DNA of 64,000 nt, taken from positions 1,120,001 through 1,184,000 of the forward strand of contig OY970178.1 of the NCBI GenBank assembly GCA_963707915.1, written 5' to 3'. Below the pieces are notes generated by a model. That model did no database searches. It had not been told where the DNA came from and saw only the letters and a program-made list of their open reading frames with translations. The translations under genes and the position numbers were made by a program. Source of the DNA: Candidatus Eiseniibacteriota bacterium. GTDB taxonomy: Bacteria > Eisenbacteria > RBG-16-71-46. Shown here in pieces: positions 20,426 through 31,642 of this stretch (positions are counted from its first letter, which is position 1; each line of letters opens with the position of its first letter).

Positions 20426-21276
20426 CGCGGGCTCCACTCGAAATTGTCGATCAGGCGGGCCGGGCCCACGCGCGCGGCCACCGCGACCAGGAGGCGGCGC
20501 GCGGCGCGCACGTCCTTGACCGGCTCCAGCGAACCGGCGTCCACCACCGCCACGTAGTCCGCGCGCACCAGCGGATGGCGGCGCCACACCGCGCGCACCG
20601 CCCCCGCCACCCGCGCCGCGGAGCGCTCGCCCGCCACCAGCGCGGCGCGCGCCGCGGCCAGGCCGCGCGACAGGGCGACGGCCTGGGCGCGCTCCGCCGG
20701 GTCCAGGTACGCGTTGCGCGAGGACATCGCCAGGCCGTCCGGCTCGCGCACCGTCGGGCCGCGCCGCACCTTCACCGCCAGGCGCAGGTCCCGCGCCATG
20801 CGCTCGACCAGCGCCGCCTGCTGCGCGTCCTTCTGGCCCAGCCAGAGCACGTGCGGCGCCACCGCCTCGAGCAGGATCAGCACGACGGTGGTCACGCCCT
20901 CGAAATGCCCCGGGCGCGAGGCACCCTCGAGCACGTCGCCGAGCCCCGCGACCCTCACGCGCGTGCGGTGGCCGGGCGGGTAGAGGTCGCTCCGGCGCGG
21001 CTCCCAGAGCAGGTCCACGCCGGCCGCCGCCAGCAGCGCGCGGTCCCGGCGCACGGGACGCGGATAGCGGGCGAAGTCCTCTCCCGGCCCGAACTGCAGC
21101 GGGTTGACGAAGATGCTCGCCACCACGCGGTCCGCCGACGCGCGCGCGCGCCGCACCAGGCTCAGGTGCCCCTCGTGGATCGCGCCCATGGTGGGCACGT
21201 ACGCCACGCGCAGGCCGGCGCCCTTCCAGCGCTGGACCAGCGCGTGCACCCGCGCGGGGCTCGCGACCCGTCGCAT
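20422..21276 (-). CDS. panC: Pantoate--beta-alanine ligase
   Basis: VPTMGAIHEGH, SIFVNPLQFGPGED, RPGHFEGV, GQKDAQQ, GLAMSSRN, RLIDN. Confidence 0.96.
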   Translation of the reverse strand: MRRVASPARVHALVQRWKGAGLRVAYVPTMGAIHEGHLSLVRRARASADRVVASIFVNPLQFGPGEDFARYPRPVRRDRALLAAAGVDLLWEPRRSDLYPPGHRTRVRVAGLGDVLEGASRPGHFEGVTTVVLILLEAVAPHVLWLGQKDAQQAALVERMARDLRLAVKVRRGPTVREPDGLAMSSRNAYLDPAERAQAVALSRGLAAARAALVAGERSAARVAGAVRAVWRRHPLVRADYVAVVDAGSLEPVKDVRAARRLLVAVAARVGPARLIDNFEWSPR

Positions 21277-21314
21277 CGCGGGCCGGCGGGCGGGCGGGCG
21301 CGGGCGGCGCGCGC

Positions 21315-22154
21315 TCAATACGACTCCTCGTCGGCCGGGAAGCGGCGGGCCTTCACGTCGGCCACGTACCCCGCGAACGCGTCCCGCATGGTCCCGGCCA
21401 GGTCGGCGTAGCGCCGCACGAACCTGGGTACCCGGCCCTGGGTCAGGCCGAGCAGGTCGTGGCTCACCAGCACCTGCCCGTCGCAGGCGGCCCCGGCGCC
21501 GATGCCGATGGTCGGGATGCCGACCGCGCGCGTCACCGCTTCGCCCAGCGCCGCGGGGACGCCCTCGAGCACCATCGAGAAGCAGCCGCACTGCTCCAGC
21601 AGCCGCGCCTCGCCGACCAGGCGCTCGGCCTCGGCCTCGCCCCTCCCCTGTACCTTGTAGCCGCCGAAGGCGAGCAGCGACTGCGGCGTGAGCCCGAGGT
21701 GCCCCATCACCGGGATGCCGATCTCCACGATGCGCCGCACCGCCGGCGCGACCCGTTCGCCGCCCTCCAGCTTGATCGCGTCCGCACCGCCCTCCTGCAC
21801 GAAGCGCCCGGCGTTGCGCACCGCCTCCTCGACGCTGGCCTGGTACGACATGAAGGGCATGTCGGCCACGACCAGCGCGGCCGGGCGGGCGCGCGTGACC
21901 GCCTTCACGTGGTGCAGCATGTCGGCCATGGTGACCGGCAGCGTGCTGTCGTAACCCAGCACCACGGTGCCCAGGCTGTCGCCCACCAGCAGCACCTCGA
22001 CGCCCGCCTCGTCCGCGATCCGCGCGGTCGGGAAGTCGTAGGCGGTCGCCGCGACCACGATCTCCCCGCGGCGCTTCATCCCGGCGATGGCCGGCGCCGT
22101 CCAGCGCCCGTGGGCGGGTCGCGCGCGCACCGGCTCGCCGTGGGGCTCGCTCAT
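21315..22154 (-). CDS. panB: 3-methyl-2-oxobutanoate hydroxymethyltransferase
   Basis: TAYD, LVGDSLG, ADMPFMSY, IKLEGG, GHLGLTPQS, IGIGAG..CDGQVLV. Confidence 0.97.
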   Translation of the reverse strand: MSEPHGEPVRARPAHGRWTAPAIAGMKRRGEIVVAATAYDFPTARIADEAGVEVLLVGDSLGTVVLGYDSTLPVTMADMLHHVKAVTRARPAALVVADMPFMSYQASVEEAVRNAGRFVQEGGADAIKLEGGERVAPAVRRIVEIGIPVMGHLGLTPQSLLAFGGYKVQGRGEAEAERLVGEARLLEQCGCFSMVLEGVPAALGEAVTRAVGIPTIGIGAGAACDGQVLVSHDLLGLTQGRVPRFVRRYADLAGTMRDAFAGYVADVKARRFPADEESY

Positions 22155-22804
22155 GACCCGGCCGTCCCGCGCTCGAGCGGCGCGTAGTAGACCGTGCCCT
22201 GCCGGTGCGACACGATACGCGGCAGCAGGTCCTCGAAGTCCTCGGGGTTGTTCACGAAGTCGATCCCGTTGGTGTTGACCACCAGCAGTGGCGCGTCCAC
22301 GTAGTGGAAGAAGAAGTGGTTGTAGGCGTCGTTGAGCTGCTTGATGTACTCCCGGTCCATGTCCTTCTCGAACGCGCGGCCGCGCCGGCCGATGCGCTCC
22401 ATGAGGATGTCGGCGCCCGCCTGCAGGTAGACCACCACGTCGGGCTTGACGACGTCCAGCTCGAGCCAGGCCACCAGCCTCTCGTACAGCGCCAGCTCCC
22501 GGTCGGAGAGGTTCAGCCCCGCGAAGATCCGGTCCTTCTGGAACAGGTAGTCGGCGATCAGGCGGTCGTTGAACAGCTCCGTCTGCCGCAGGTTGCGCTG
22601 CTGCTGGTAGCGGCTGAACAGGAAGTGCATCTGGGTCTGGAACGCGAAGCGCGCGCGGTCCTTGTAGAAGTCCTTGAGGAAGGGGTTCTCCTCGACCTCC
22701 TCGAGCACCAGCTGCGCCTTGAGGCGCTCGGTCAGCATCTTCGAGAGACTGGTCTTGCCCACGCCGATCACTCCCTCGATGGCGATGTAGCGGTTCTCGG
22801 TCAT
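22151..22804 (-). CDS. Deoxynucleoside kinase
   Basis: IAIEGVIGVGKTS, ENPFL..FY, FLFSRY.Q, RI..RGR.FE. Confidence 0.93.
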   Translation of the reverse strand: MTENRYIAIEGVIGVGKTSLSKMLTERLKAQLVLEEVEENPFLKDFYKDRARFAFQTQMHFLFSRYQQQRNLRQTELFNDRLIADYLFQKDRIFAGLNLSDRELALYERLVAWLELDVVKPDVVVYLQAGADILMERIGRRGRAFEKDMDREYIKQLNDAYNHFFFHYVDAPLLVVNTNGIDFVNNPEDFEDLLPRIVSHRQGTVYYAPLERGTAGS

Positions 22805-22811
22805 GGGCGGG

Positions 22812-23309
22812 TCAGTTCCACAGCCGGCTCCCCTTCTTCACGGGCGGTCGGTCGTTCTTCAGGCGGGACAGGTGGGCGAGCATGGTCTCGCCGGTGACCG
22901 GGTGGACGAGCAACGGGTCGAGCTCGACCAGGGGCACGAGCACGAACGAGCGGCTCACCAGCTCGGGGTGCGGCACCTTCAGGTCGGGCTGGTCCAGCAC
23001 CTCGTCGCCGTGCAGCAGCAGGTCGAGGTCGATCACCCGCGGGCCCCAGTGCCGGGTGCGCACGCGGCCCAGCCGGCGCTCGATCAGCAGCAGGTTCCAG
23101 AGCAGCTGGCGCGCACCGAGCTCGGTCTCGAGCTCCGCCACGGCGTTCAGGAAGCCGGGCTGGTCGGGGTCCCCCACCGGCTCCGTGTCGTAGAGCGACG
23201 AGGCGCGCACCAGCGTCGTGGACGGCAGGCGCGCCAGGTCGTCCAGGGCGCTCCGGATCATGACCTCGCGCTCGCCGAGGTTGGAGCCCAGCCCGATGAA
23301 GGTCCTCAT
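22812..23309 (-). CDS. folK: 2-amino-4-hydroxy-6-hydroxymethyldihydropteridine diphosphokinase
   Basis: IGLGSNLG, SSLY.TEP, FLNAV, WGPRVIDLDLL, PHP...R.FVL.PL. Confidence 0.96.
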   Translation of the reverse strand: MRTFIGLGSNLGEREVMIRSALDDLARLPSTTLVRASSLYDTEPVGDPDQPGFLNAVAELETELGARQLLWNLLLIERRLGRVRTRHWGPRVIDLDLLLHGDEVLDQPDLKVPHPELVSRSFVLVPLVELDPLLVHPVTGETMLAHLSRLKNDRPPVKKGSRLWN

Positions 23310-23665
23310 GGGCGCCGTTCCCGGGTCACCTCGACGACGGCCCGCCCGCCCGTGGTCCAGCCCAGGTTCTGCTTGGCGATGCGCACCCGGACGCGGCGCA
23401 TGGTGAAACGCGCCAGCAACTCCTCCGCAGTGGCCGCGGCCAGCGCCTCCAGCAAGTGGAAGCTGCGGCCCTCCACGACCTCGCGCACGGTCGTGTAGAT
23501 GGCGTCGTAGTCCACCGCGTCGGCGAGGCGGTCGGTGTGTTCGGCGGCGTCGTTCACGGGATCGATCTCGAGATCCACCTCGAGCCGCTGGCCGGCCTCC
23601 TTCTCATAGGGGCGGGCTCCGTGGTGACCGAAGACCGAGAGGCCTTCGAGACGGACGACAGCCAA
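23306..23665 (-). CDS. folB: Dihydroneopterin aldolase
   Basis: GHHG...EKE.GQ, D.L..AVDY, FHLLEALA; TTG start after GGAGG. Confidence 0.92.
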   Translation of the reverse strand: MAVVRLEGLSVFGHHGARPYEKEAGQRLEVDLEIDPVNDAAEHTDRLADAVDYDAIYTTVREVVEGRSFHLLEALAAATAEELLARFTMRRVRVRIAKQNLGWTTGGRAVVEVTRERRP

Positions 23666-23779
23666 GGACGCCTCCAAGATGAGGGCGGCGAGCCAGGGCA
23701 CGCGGTCGGCCTGCACGGTGCGCAGGCAGACTGGGCCGGGGCCGCCGCCACGGGAATGGTCGGGTGCTCGCGAGGCCGG

Positions 23780-23808
23780 AGTCTAGGAGCGCCCCCCGGA
23801 GCGGTCAA
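23780..23808 (-). promoter_or_regulatory. Putative sigma70 promoter for the folB-pan-tatA operon
   Basis: TTGACC-N17-TAGACT. Confidence 0.65.
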
Positions 23809-23985
23809 GCCGGGGACGTCTCCTCCCTTCCGGTCCGTCACCGGGCGGTGCTAGCCTGCCATCGCAGGCGGATGGAGACGCGCTCGGGAGGCGTCGTCAA
23901 GGGTCCCGGACTCATGGGACACCCCGACTCGACACTACGCGACACGGCTCCCCCGCTCCCGGCGCCACGAGTACGAGGGGAACCC

Positions 23986-24207
23986 ATGGCCGAGCTGCTG
24001 GACCGCCTCACGAGAGCGCTGGCCCCGCGCTACCGGATCGAGCGCGAGGCCGGTCACGGCGGCATGGCCGTCGTCTTCCTGGCCCGCGACCTCCGGCACG
24101 ACCGCCCCGTGGCCATCAAGGTCCTGCGTCCCGAACTGGCGGGCGTCTTCTTCAACGCGGCCGAGATCCGCGGGAACCTCTGGAAGGCGAAAGTGGACCC
24201 GAGGTAA
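23986..24207 (+). pseudogene. Remnant of a Hanks-type Ser/Thr kinase (subdomains I-II only, 73 aa)
   Basis: RYRIEREAGHGGMAVVFLARDLRHDRPVAIKVLRPEL followed by an unrelated 20-aa tail and stop; no catalytic loop or DFG. Confidence 0.7.
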
Positions 24208-24273
24208 CGGCCTCGCGCGCGGGGCCGCGGCGGCGCTCGCGGAACGCCCGCCGCGCTTCCTCCCCGACGTCGG

Positions 24274-26708
24274 TCAGGCCGCGACGGCCGGCGTCCCCGC
24301 CCGCTTCCCGCCGCGGGCGAGCGCCACGGCGACGGCCCCGCAGAGCCCGAGCCACACCAGGGACGCGACGCGCGTCACCGGCACTCCCACCGCCCAGCCC
24401 GGGGGCTCGTAGCGCATCACGACGCGGTGGCTGCCCCCCGGCACCGCCACGCCGCGCAGCAGGTGGTCCACGCGGAAGAGCGGCGCGCCCGTCCCGTCCA
24501 CGGTCACGCTCCAGCCCGGCATCCAGGCGTCCGCGACCACGACGAAGGCCATCATCGGCGCCGCGACGTCCAGCTCCAGCCGGTCGGGATCGTCGCGCCG
24601 CCAGCCCAGCGTCGCGCCGGATGACCCCGGGTAGCGGCCCGCCGCGCGCGCCTCGGTCGTGTAGGCGACCCGTTCGGGCGCGAAGCCCGCATCGTAGAGG
24701 CACCTCATCACGTCGAGGTCCTGGCGCAGGGCGATCACCTCGGTCACGGTGTAGGCGCGCGGCAGCGGATGGCGCAACCGGTACACGGTCATGCCGCTCG
24801 GCGCGCGGTCCACCGCTTCGACCCGCGTGCTGTCCTGGGCCTGGAGGTCCTTGCCCTCGAACCAGCGCACCGCGAGCGCGCGCAGCATGCCCTCGCGCGG
24901 GAGCAACCCCTCCCTCCAGACCTCGTCCCACCTCCTGCTCACCGCGCCGTGCAGCCCCCCCAGCGACCGGGCCCGCCAGGCGATCCAGTCGTTCGAGTAG
25001 AAGAGCCCGCGGTCCATCGGGAAGGCCCGGCCCAGCGGATCTGCGGCGGCGAACCGGGCGAGCGGCGGCGGAGAAGGAGCCGCCAGGCTCGCCGGGGAGC
25101 CGGTGGCCTTGCCGAGCAGGGGAAGGTCCACGACCGCCAGGTCGAAGGTCAGCAACACCGCCAGCGCCAGCGGCCGCCAGGGCCTCGCCCGGCCGGGCAG
25201 CCCCAGAGCACCGAGCGCGAGGGCGGCCAGCCCGAGGCGCAACGCCAGGTCCTCGATCCCCGACTGCGCGGCGTTCGCCGCGGTCTCCGCGTCCATCTGA
25301 GGCCGCGCGGCCAGCACCGCGTCGCGCAGCAGGTCCCGCAGCGGGCCGCCGGCGCTGAGCGCGGCCGAGAGCAGCAGGGCGGCCCCCGCCGCGGGGAGGA
25401 CCCAACGCGGCGCCGGCGAGCGCTCCAGCAGCCGTTCGAGCCCGCGGGCCGAGAGCAACGCCGCGGCGAGCTGGGTCACGATCAGGCCGGCGACCACGAC
25501 GCGCAGGCTCGGCAGCAACGGCACGACACGGTAGGCGGCCTCGTAGAGCGGAAGCCGGGTGCCCAGCGCCATCAGCAGTCCGAGCAGTCCCGCACCCCCC
25601 AGCACGGCGGCGGCTCCGCGCCCGCCGTCCCGCCGCGCGGCCCAGGCCGCGGGCAGCGCGAGCAGGGCCACGATCCCGAGGTAGTTGGGGTAGTCCGTGG
25701 CGCGCATGCCGCCCCAGTAGGTGCTCCCGCCGAAGCCTGCCCCCCACGGCCACGCCAGCGTGAGGTAGTCGCGCAGCGCGAAGCTGAAGCTGCGCACCTC
25801 GCCGATCGGGAGCCCCCGCCCACCGCGCACCGAGAGCCCGCCATAGAGCATCGCCGGCCACCACGCCGCGGCCGCCATCGCCGCGCCGAGGCCGATGCCC
25901 GCCCCCGCCAGCGCCAGGCGTTCCGGCCGCGCGAAGCGGCGCGCGCGCTCGATCGCGAAGGCCGCGCCGAGCAGCAGGGTGAACAGCACGAACTGCGGGT
26001 GGCCGGCCGCGGCCGCGAGCGCGAAGGCCAGCGCCAGGCCGAGCGCGGCGGCGCACGCCGCGCGGCCCGACGCCGGGGCCACGACGCCGTGCACCGCGAG
26101 CAGCGTCACCGGCATCAGCGAGGCGGTCACGAACTGGGCGTCGTGGCCGAAGGCGAACGGCACGACCAGGTTCGGGGTCAGCCCCCAGGCCAGCCCCGCC
26201 CACGCCATGCCGGCGGCGCGCGAGCGCCACAGCGCCCGCGCCAGTCCCGCGGCCGCGATCATGCCGGCCAGGTGCGCCAGGAGCGGTCCCCACAGCCGCG
26301 GCACCACCGGTGAGCGCTCCAGCGTCTCCCAGGCGTCGAGCATGCGGTCGGGCAGGTACTGCGGGCGCGGGTCCGCGAGGCTGGCCGCCGCGGGGATGCC
26401 CGCGAACACGTACGGGTTCCAGAACGTGCGCTCGTGGTGCTCGCGCCAGCGCTCGCGGGAGAATTCGGCGTAGGAGCGGTACGCCGTGGCGTCGCCGATC
26501 ACGAACACGCGCCCGGCGAAGAGCTGCGGCCCGAAGAGCAGCATCCAGGCGAGCAGCAGCGCGGCCAGCACCGCGAGGCGTTCCCGCGCCGGCAGCGGCG
26601 CGGCCGGCACCTCCGGGGCGTCCGGACGCGTCCCGGGCCGCGAGGACGACGACCGCGCGGCCCCGGAGGGCGCCTTGCGCGGCCGCCCCGCCGCCGGGCG
26701 CGGCTTCA

Positions 26709-26709
<1 letters not shown>
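24274..26709 (-). CDS. YfhO-family multi-pass membrane protein (GT-C glycosyltransferase-like)
   Basis: FWNPYVFAG.P, GHPQ, many TM helices, C-terminal VVADAW.PGW.V.VDG..LRGV.VP.G.H.V..RY.P. Confidence 0.85.
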
Positions 26710-27553
<844 letters not shown>

Positions 27554-27557
<4 letters not shown>

Positions 27558-28747
27558 GGCTCCACCCCCGCCCCCGCCGCCTCGAGCCGCGCGATGGCCT
27601 CGTGGCACCCGGCCAGCGTCGGGACCAGCGCGATGCGGACGAACCCCGCTCCCGCCGCGCCCAGGAACGAGCCCGGCAGCGCCACCAGGCCGATGCGCAG
27701 CAGGCGCTCGACGAACGCCACGTCGTCGCCGCCCGGGGCGGCGAGCCACAGGTAGAAGGTGGCCTCGCTGGCCTCGACACGCCAGCCGCGCCGGGCGAAG
27801 TACTCGAGGAAGAGCCCCCGCTTGGCCGCGTACTTCGAGCGCTGGTCGGCGGCGTGGGCGTCGTCGCTCCACGCGGCGATGGCGGCGGCCTGCACGAAGT
27901 CGGGCGTGGCCACTCCCACGTTGGGGCGGAAGCGGCGCAGCGCGGCGATCATGCGCGGATCGCCGGCGATGAAGCCCGAGCGGTAGCCGCTCATCGCGGA
28001 GCGCTTGCTGAGCGTGTGGAGTGCGACGACGTTCTCGAGCCCGCACTCCAGCATCGAGTGCGGGGCCGCACCGAAGAACAGCTCGGTGTAGGCCTCGTCC
28101 GCGACCACCCAGAAGCCGTGGCGGCGCGCCAGCGCCGCGACGCGCTCGAGGGCCGGGCGGTCCAGCATGGAACCGGTCGGGTTGTGCGGCGTGTTGAGCC
28201 ACAGCAGCGCGGTGCGGCGCCAGACCTCGTCGGGCACGCGCTCCGGCGCGAAGCGCCAGCCGTCCTCGCTGCGCAGCGGCGCCAGGTGGACGTCCGCGCC
28301 GGCGAAGCGCGCCGCGGGCTCGTAGACCGGGTAGGCGGGTGAGGGGATGACGACCGTGCGGCGCCCGGGGCCGCCCTGCCCCACCACGGCGAAGGCCATC
28401 AGGAAGACCGCCTCCTTCGTGCCGTTGGCCGGCAGCACCTCGGTCTCGGCATCGAGCGACACGCCGAAGCGGCGTGCGAACCAGCCGGTGAACGCGGTCC
28501 GCAGCGCCGGCTGGCCGGCCATCGCGGGATAGCTCGAGACCACCGGGACCGCGTCCCGCAGCGCCTCGCGGATGAACCCCGGGGTCTCCTCGCGCGGATC
28601 GCCCATGCTGAAATCGATCGGCTGGATCCCCGCCGGGGCGAGCTCCCGACGGCGGCGCTCGAGCGCGACGAACGGGTACTCGGGGCCGCCGGTGAGCAGC
28701 GGGTTCAAGGGCGCCGCCACGGCGGCGCTCCGGTCATCGGGCCTCAT
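27554..28747 (-). CDS. dapC: PLP class I/II aminotransferase, probable N-succinyl-diaminopimelate aminotransferase
   Basis: G.KEA.F, P.YPVY, WLN.PHNPTG, DEAY.E, TLSKRS..SGYRSGF; flanked by dapD and dapE. Confidence 0.88.
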
Positions 28748-29811
28748 CAGTCCCCCTCCGCGAGGAATCGTGCCAGGCAGTCGTAGGTGCGTGCCAGGTT
28801 CCCGACCGGGCAGTACTCGCCGGCGGTGTGGCTCTGTTCGGGCAGCCCCGGACCGAAGTTCAGCGCCGCCACCCCCAGCGCCGTGAAGCGGGCCACGTCG
28901 GTCCACCCCTGCTTGCCGGTCGCCTCGAGCCCGAAGCGAGTCACGAACTCGCGCACCAGCGGCACGTCCAGGCACACGAGGCCCGGGGGCGACTGGTCGG
29001 TGACGCGGAACTCGAACCCCGCCGGCACCAGCGCGCGCAGCCGCGCCTCGGCCTCGGCCGGCGTGCGGCCCGGCGGGTAGCGGTGGTTGAGGTTGGCCGT
29101 GAGCTGGTCGGGCACCACGTTCTTCGCGCCGCCGGCCTCCAGCCGCGTGACCTGCAGCGTCTCGCGGAACTCGACGCCCTGCACCACGACCGGCGTGACC
29201 GGGAAGCGCACGATCTCGGCGAGCCAGGGCGCGGCGCTCTCGACGGCGTTCACGCCGGTCCAGGGCCGCGCCGCGTGCGCGCTCTTCCCGCGCACGCACA
29301 CCTCCACGTGCATCGAGCCGTTGCAGCCCAGCTCGGCCTGCGCGGCGGTGGGCTCGAGCAGCACCGCGAGGGCCGCCTCGCGCAGCCAGGGCATCTCCGC
29401 CAGGACCCGGCCCAGGCCGTTGGCCTCGTGCGGACCCTCCTCCCCGTCGTAGAACACGGCAGCCAGGTCGAAGCGCAGCCGGTCGGGATCCAGCGAATCG
29501 AGCAGGGCGAGCATCACCGCGTCGCCGCCCTTCATGTCGCTCGCGCCGAGCCCGTAGAGCCGGTCGCCCTCGCGGCGCGCCCGTTCGTTGCCGTTCGGCG
29601 GGACGGTGTCGAGGTGCCCGGCGAGCACGACCAGCGGACGGCCGCGCCGCGGCCCCCGCCAGGCCACCGCGTCCCCCGAGCGCAGGCACTCCCCCGTGGC
29701 CCGACGCCCCAGCCGTCCCGCCACGAACCCGGCGATGGCGGATTCCCGGCCCGTGACGCTGGGGATGTCCACCAGCGCACCCAGCAACTCGGCGATGGCT
29801 TCAGGATCCAT
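28747..29811 (-). CDS. dapE: Succinyl-diaminopimelate desuccinylase (M20 family)
   Basis: AGHLDTVP, G.GASDMKGG, YD.EE, AH.ARPW.G.NA, GWTDVARF, NFGPG. Confidence 0.9.
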   Translation of the reverse strand: MDPEAIAELLGALVDIPSVTGRESAIAGFVAGRLGRRATGECLRSGDAVAWRGPRRGRPLVVLAGHLDTVPPNGNERARREGDRLYGLGASDMKGGDAVMLALLDSLDPDRLRFDLAAVFYDGEEGPHEANGLGRVLAEMPWLREAALAVLLEPTAAQAELGCNGSMHVEVCVRGKSAHAARPWTGVNAVESAAPWLAEIVRFPVTPVVVQGVEFRETLQVTRLEAGGAKNVVPDQLTANLNHRYPPGRTPAEAEARLRALVPAGFEFRVTDQSPPGLVCLDVPLVREFVTRFGLEATGKQGWTDVARFTALGVAALNFGPGLPEQSHTAGEYCPVGNLARTYDCLARFLAEGD

Positions 29812-29872
29812 GGAGGGTCTCGCGTGATGATCGAGGGTGGAGCCGCAATCTAGCACCCGTCGCGCGCTTGCG

Positions 29873-31642
29873 CTACCGGCGCACCGCGCCACGCGCACCG
29901 CGCCGGGGGGCCTCCGGCGCGCCCGCCCCGAGTTCGCGCGCGGCGGCCCGGACCTCTGCGTCGGCCGTGGGCAGGGCGGCGGCACGCGCGAGCCAGTCGC
30001 GCGCCGCGGCCCGGTCGCCGGCCGAGAGCGCACTGAGCCCGGCGTAGTAGAAGTAGTCCACGGAGTCGGGGAACGCGGCGGCGAGCTTCGCGTACTCCGC
30101 GGCCGTCCCCGGCCACTCCCCGCCGCGCGACAGCGCGATCGCGAGCCGCTCGTGGTCCTCGCGCCACAATGGGTCCTCGACGCGCGCCCGCGCGACGTCC
30201 TCGGGGCCGCGGCGGACCTCGATCCACCCGGCCAGGCTGTCGAAGCGGAAGAAGCGGTCGGGGCCCGCGGGCTCGCCCGCCCGGCGCGCGCGGAACTGCG
30301 AGAACAGCGCTCCGCTCACGGTCGGGTCCCGGAACCAGACCCGCAGCGCCGGGCCGTCCCCCTGCAGGAAGCCGACGTTGCTCGGCACGTCCGCGAAGTA
30401 GAACCGGCCGTGAGGCGGCGCCGCGGGGACTTTCGCCAGCAGGTCCCGCCGCATGAAGTCGATGAACTCCGCGGCGCGCCGCTGGTACCATTCGTCGCCC
30501 CAGTCGCGCGAGGCGGTGGCCGCCTGCAGCGGCCGCAGCAGCGCGAGGGCCGCCACCACCGCGAGCGCGAGGGCCGGACGACGCGCGAGCCGGGCCCCCA
30601 GCAGCAGCCAGGCGCCCAGCATGCCGAAGAGCCCGTAGTAGGCGTGCCAGCCCACCGTGGGCGCGAAGAGCGGCACCCAGCCGGCCACCGCCCAGGCGAG
30701 CGCCAGCCACGCGAGGCCGTGCCCGCGATCGCCCGGTCCCCACGTCGGACGGCGCCGCGCCCCGTGGCGGGCCAGCAACGGGAGCGCCGCCATCAGGGCC
30801 AGGCACGCCGCTCCGCCCGCGCCCACCAGCAGCGGACCTCCCCAGCCGTGCTCGGGGACCGGCAGGCGGTGGAGGTTCACGGTGGCGAGCAACGCGCGCA
30901 CCGCCACGCTCGAGGGCCCGTCGGCCACGACCGGCGGGGGCGGCGCCGCGACGACGTGCCAGAACCGCCCGCCGAGCAGCGGATGCACGGCCGCCCACAC
31001 CGCGGCCACCACCAGCAGCGGCGCGGTGCTCCACGCGGCCCGCGCCGCCGGCCGGCCCCGCGCCCGCCAGGCCAGCACGAAGGCCACCGCCGGCAACAGC
31101 GCCGCGGTCTCCTTGCTGAGCAGCGCCAGCAGGAAGAGCACCGCGGCGGCCGCGGTGCGCCCGCGCTCGAAGGCCAGGAGCGCGCCGAGGGCGAAGACCA
31201 TCATCCACAGGTCCTGCACGCCCGCGACCCACACGAGCGGCAACCCCCAGGCGGCCAGCGCGGCCACTCCCGCGGTCGCCACCGCCGCGGCCCGGTCGCC
31301 GGCCAGGCGGCGCGCCAGCGTCCAGTAGAGGCCCATCAGCGTCAGCCACAGCGCGAAGCTCGCCAGGTGATAGGGAGCGACGTCGGTCCCGAAGAGCCCC
31401 TGCAGGGTCCAGTAGTGCAGCTCGCGCGACCACGGCCGGTACCAGAGCCAGACCGCGGGGCGCGGCAGCCACAGCGAGAGGAACGACGCGCCGCGGGTCA
31501 CGTCCAGGAACACGTAGTCGTCGTTGATGAATGGCACGCGCCAGGCGTAGCCGTACTGGGTGGCGAGGAACACCGTCAGCAGGGCCGCCCCGACCGCCAC
31601 TCCGGGGACCGCGTTCCCTGCCGGACGGCCCCCGCGATTCAC
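29873..31642 (-). CDS. Multi-pass membrane protein, GT-C-like, with C-terminal TPR-like region
   Basis: F.NDDY, YRP, ALLSKE.A motifs; many TM helices; helical TPR-like tail. Confidence 0.7.
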   Translation of the reverse strand: MNRGGRPAGNAVPGVAVGAALLTVFLATQYGYAWRVPFINDDYVFLDVTRGASFLSLWLPRPAVWLWYRPWSRELHYWTLQGLFGTDVAPYHLASFALWLTLMGLYWTLARRLAGDRAAAVATAGVAALAAWGLPLVWVAGVQDLWMMVFALGALLAFERGRTAAAAVLFLLALLSKETAALLPAVAFVLAWRARGRPAARAAWSTAPLLVVAAVWAAVHPLLGGRFWHVVAAPPPPVVADGPSSVAVRALLATVNLHRLPVPEHGWGGPLLVGAGGAACLALMAALPLLARHGARRRPTWGPGDRGHGLAWLALAWAVAGWVPLFAPTVGWHAYYGLFGMLGAWLLLGARLARRPALALAVVAALALLRPLQAATASRDWGDEWYQRRAAEFIDFMRRDLLAKVPAAPPHGRFYFADVPSNVGFLQGDGPALRVWFRDPTVSGALFSQFRARRAGEPAGPDRFFRFDSLAGWIEVRRGPEDVARARVEDPLWREDHERLAIALSRGGEWPGTAAEYAKLAAAFPDSVDYFYYAGLSALSAGDRAAARDWLARAAALPTADAEVRAAARELGAGAPEAPRRGARGAVRR

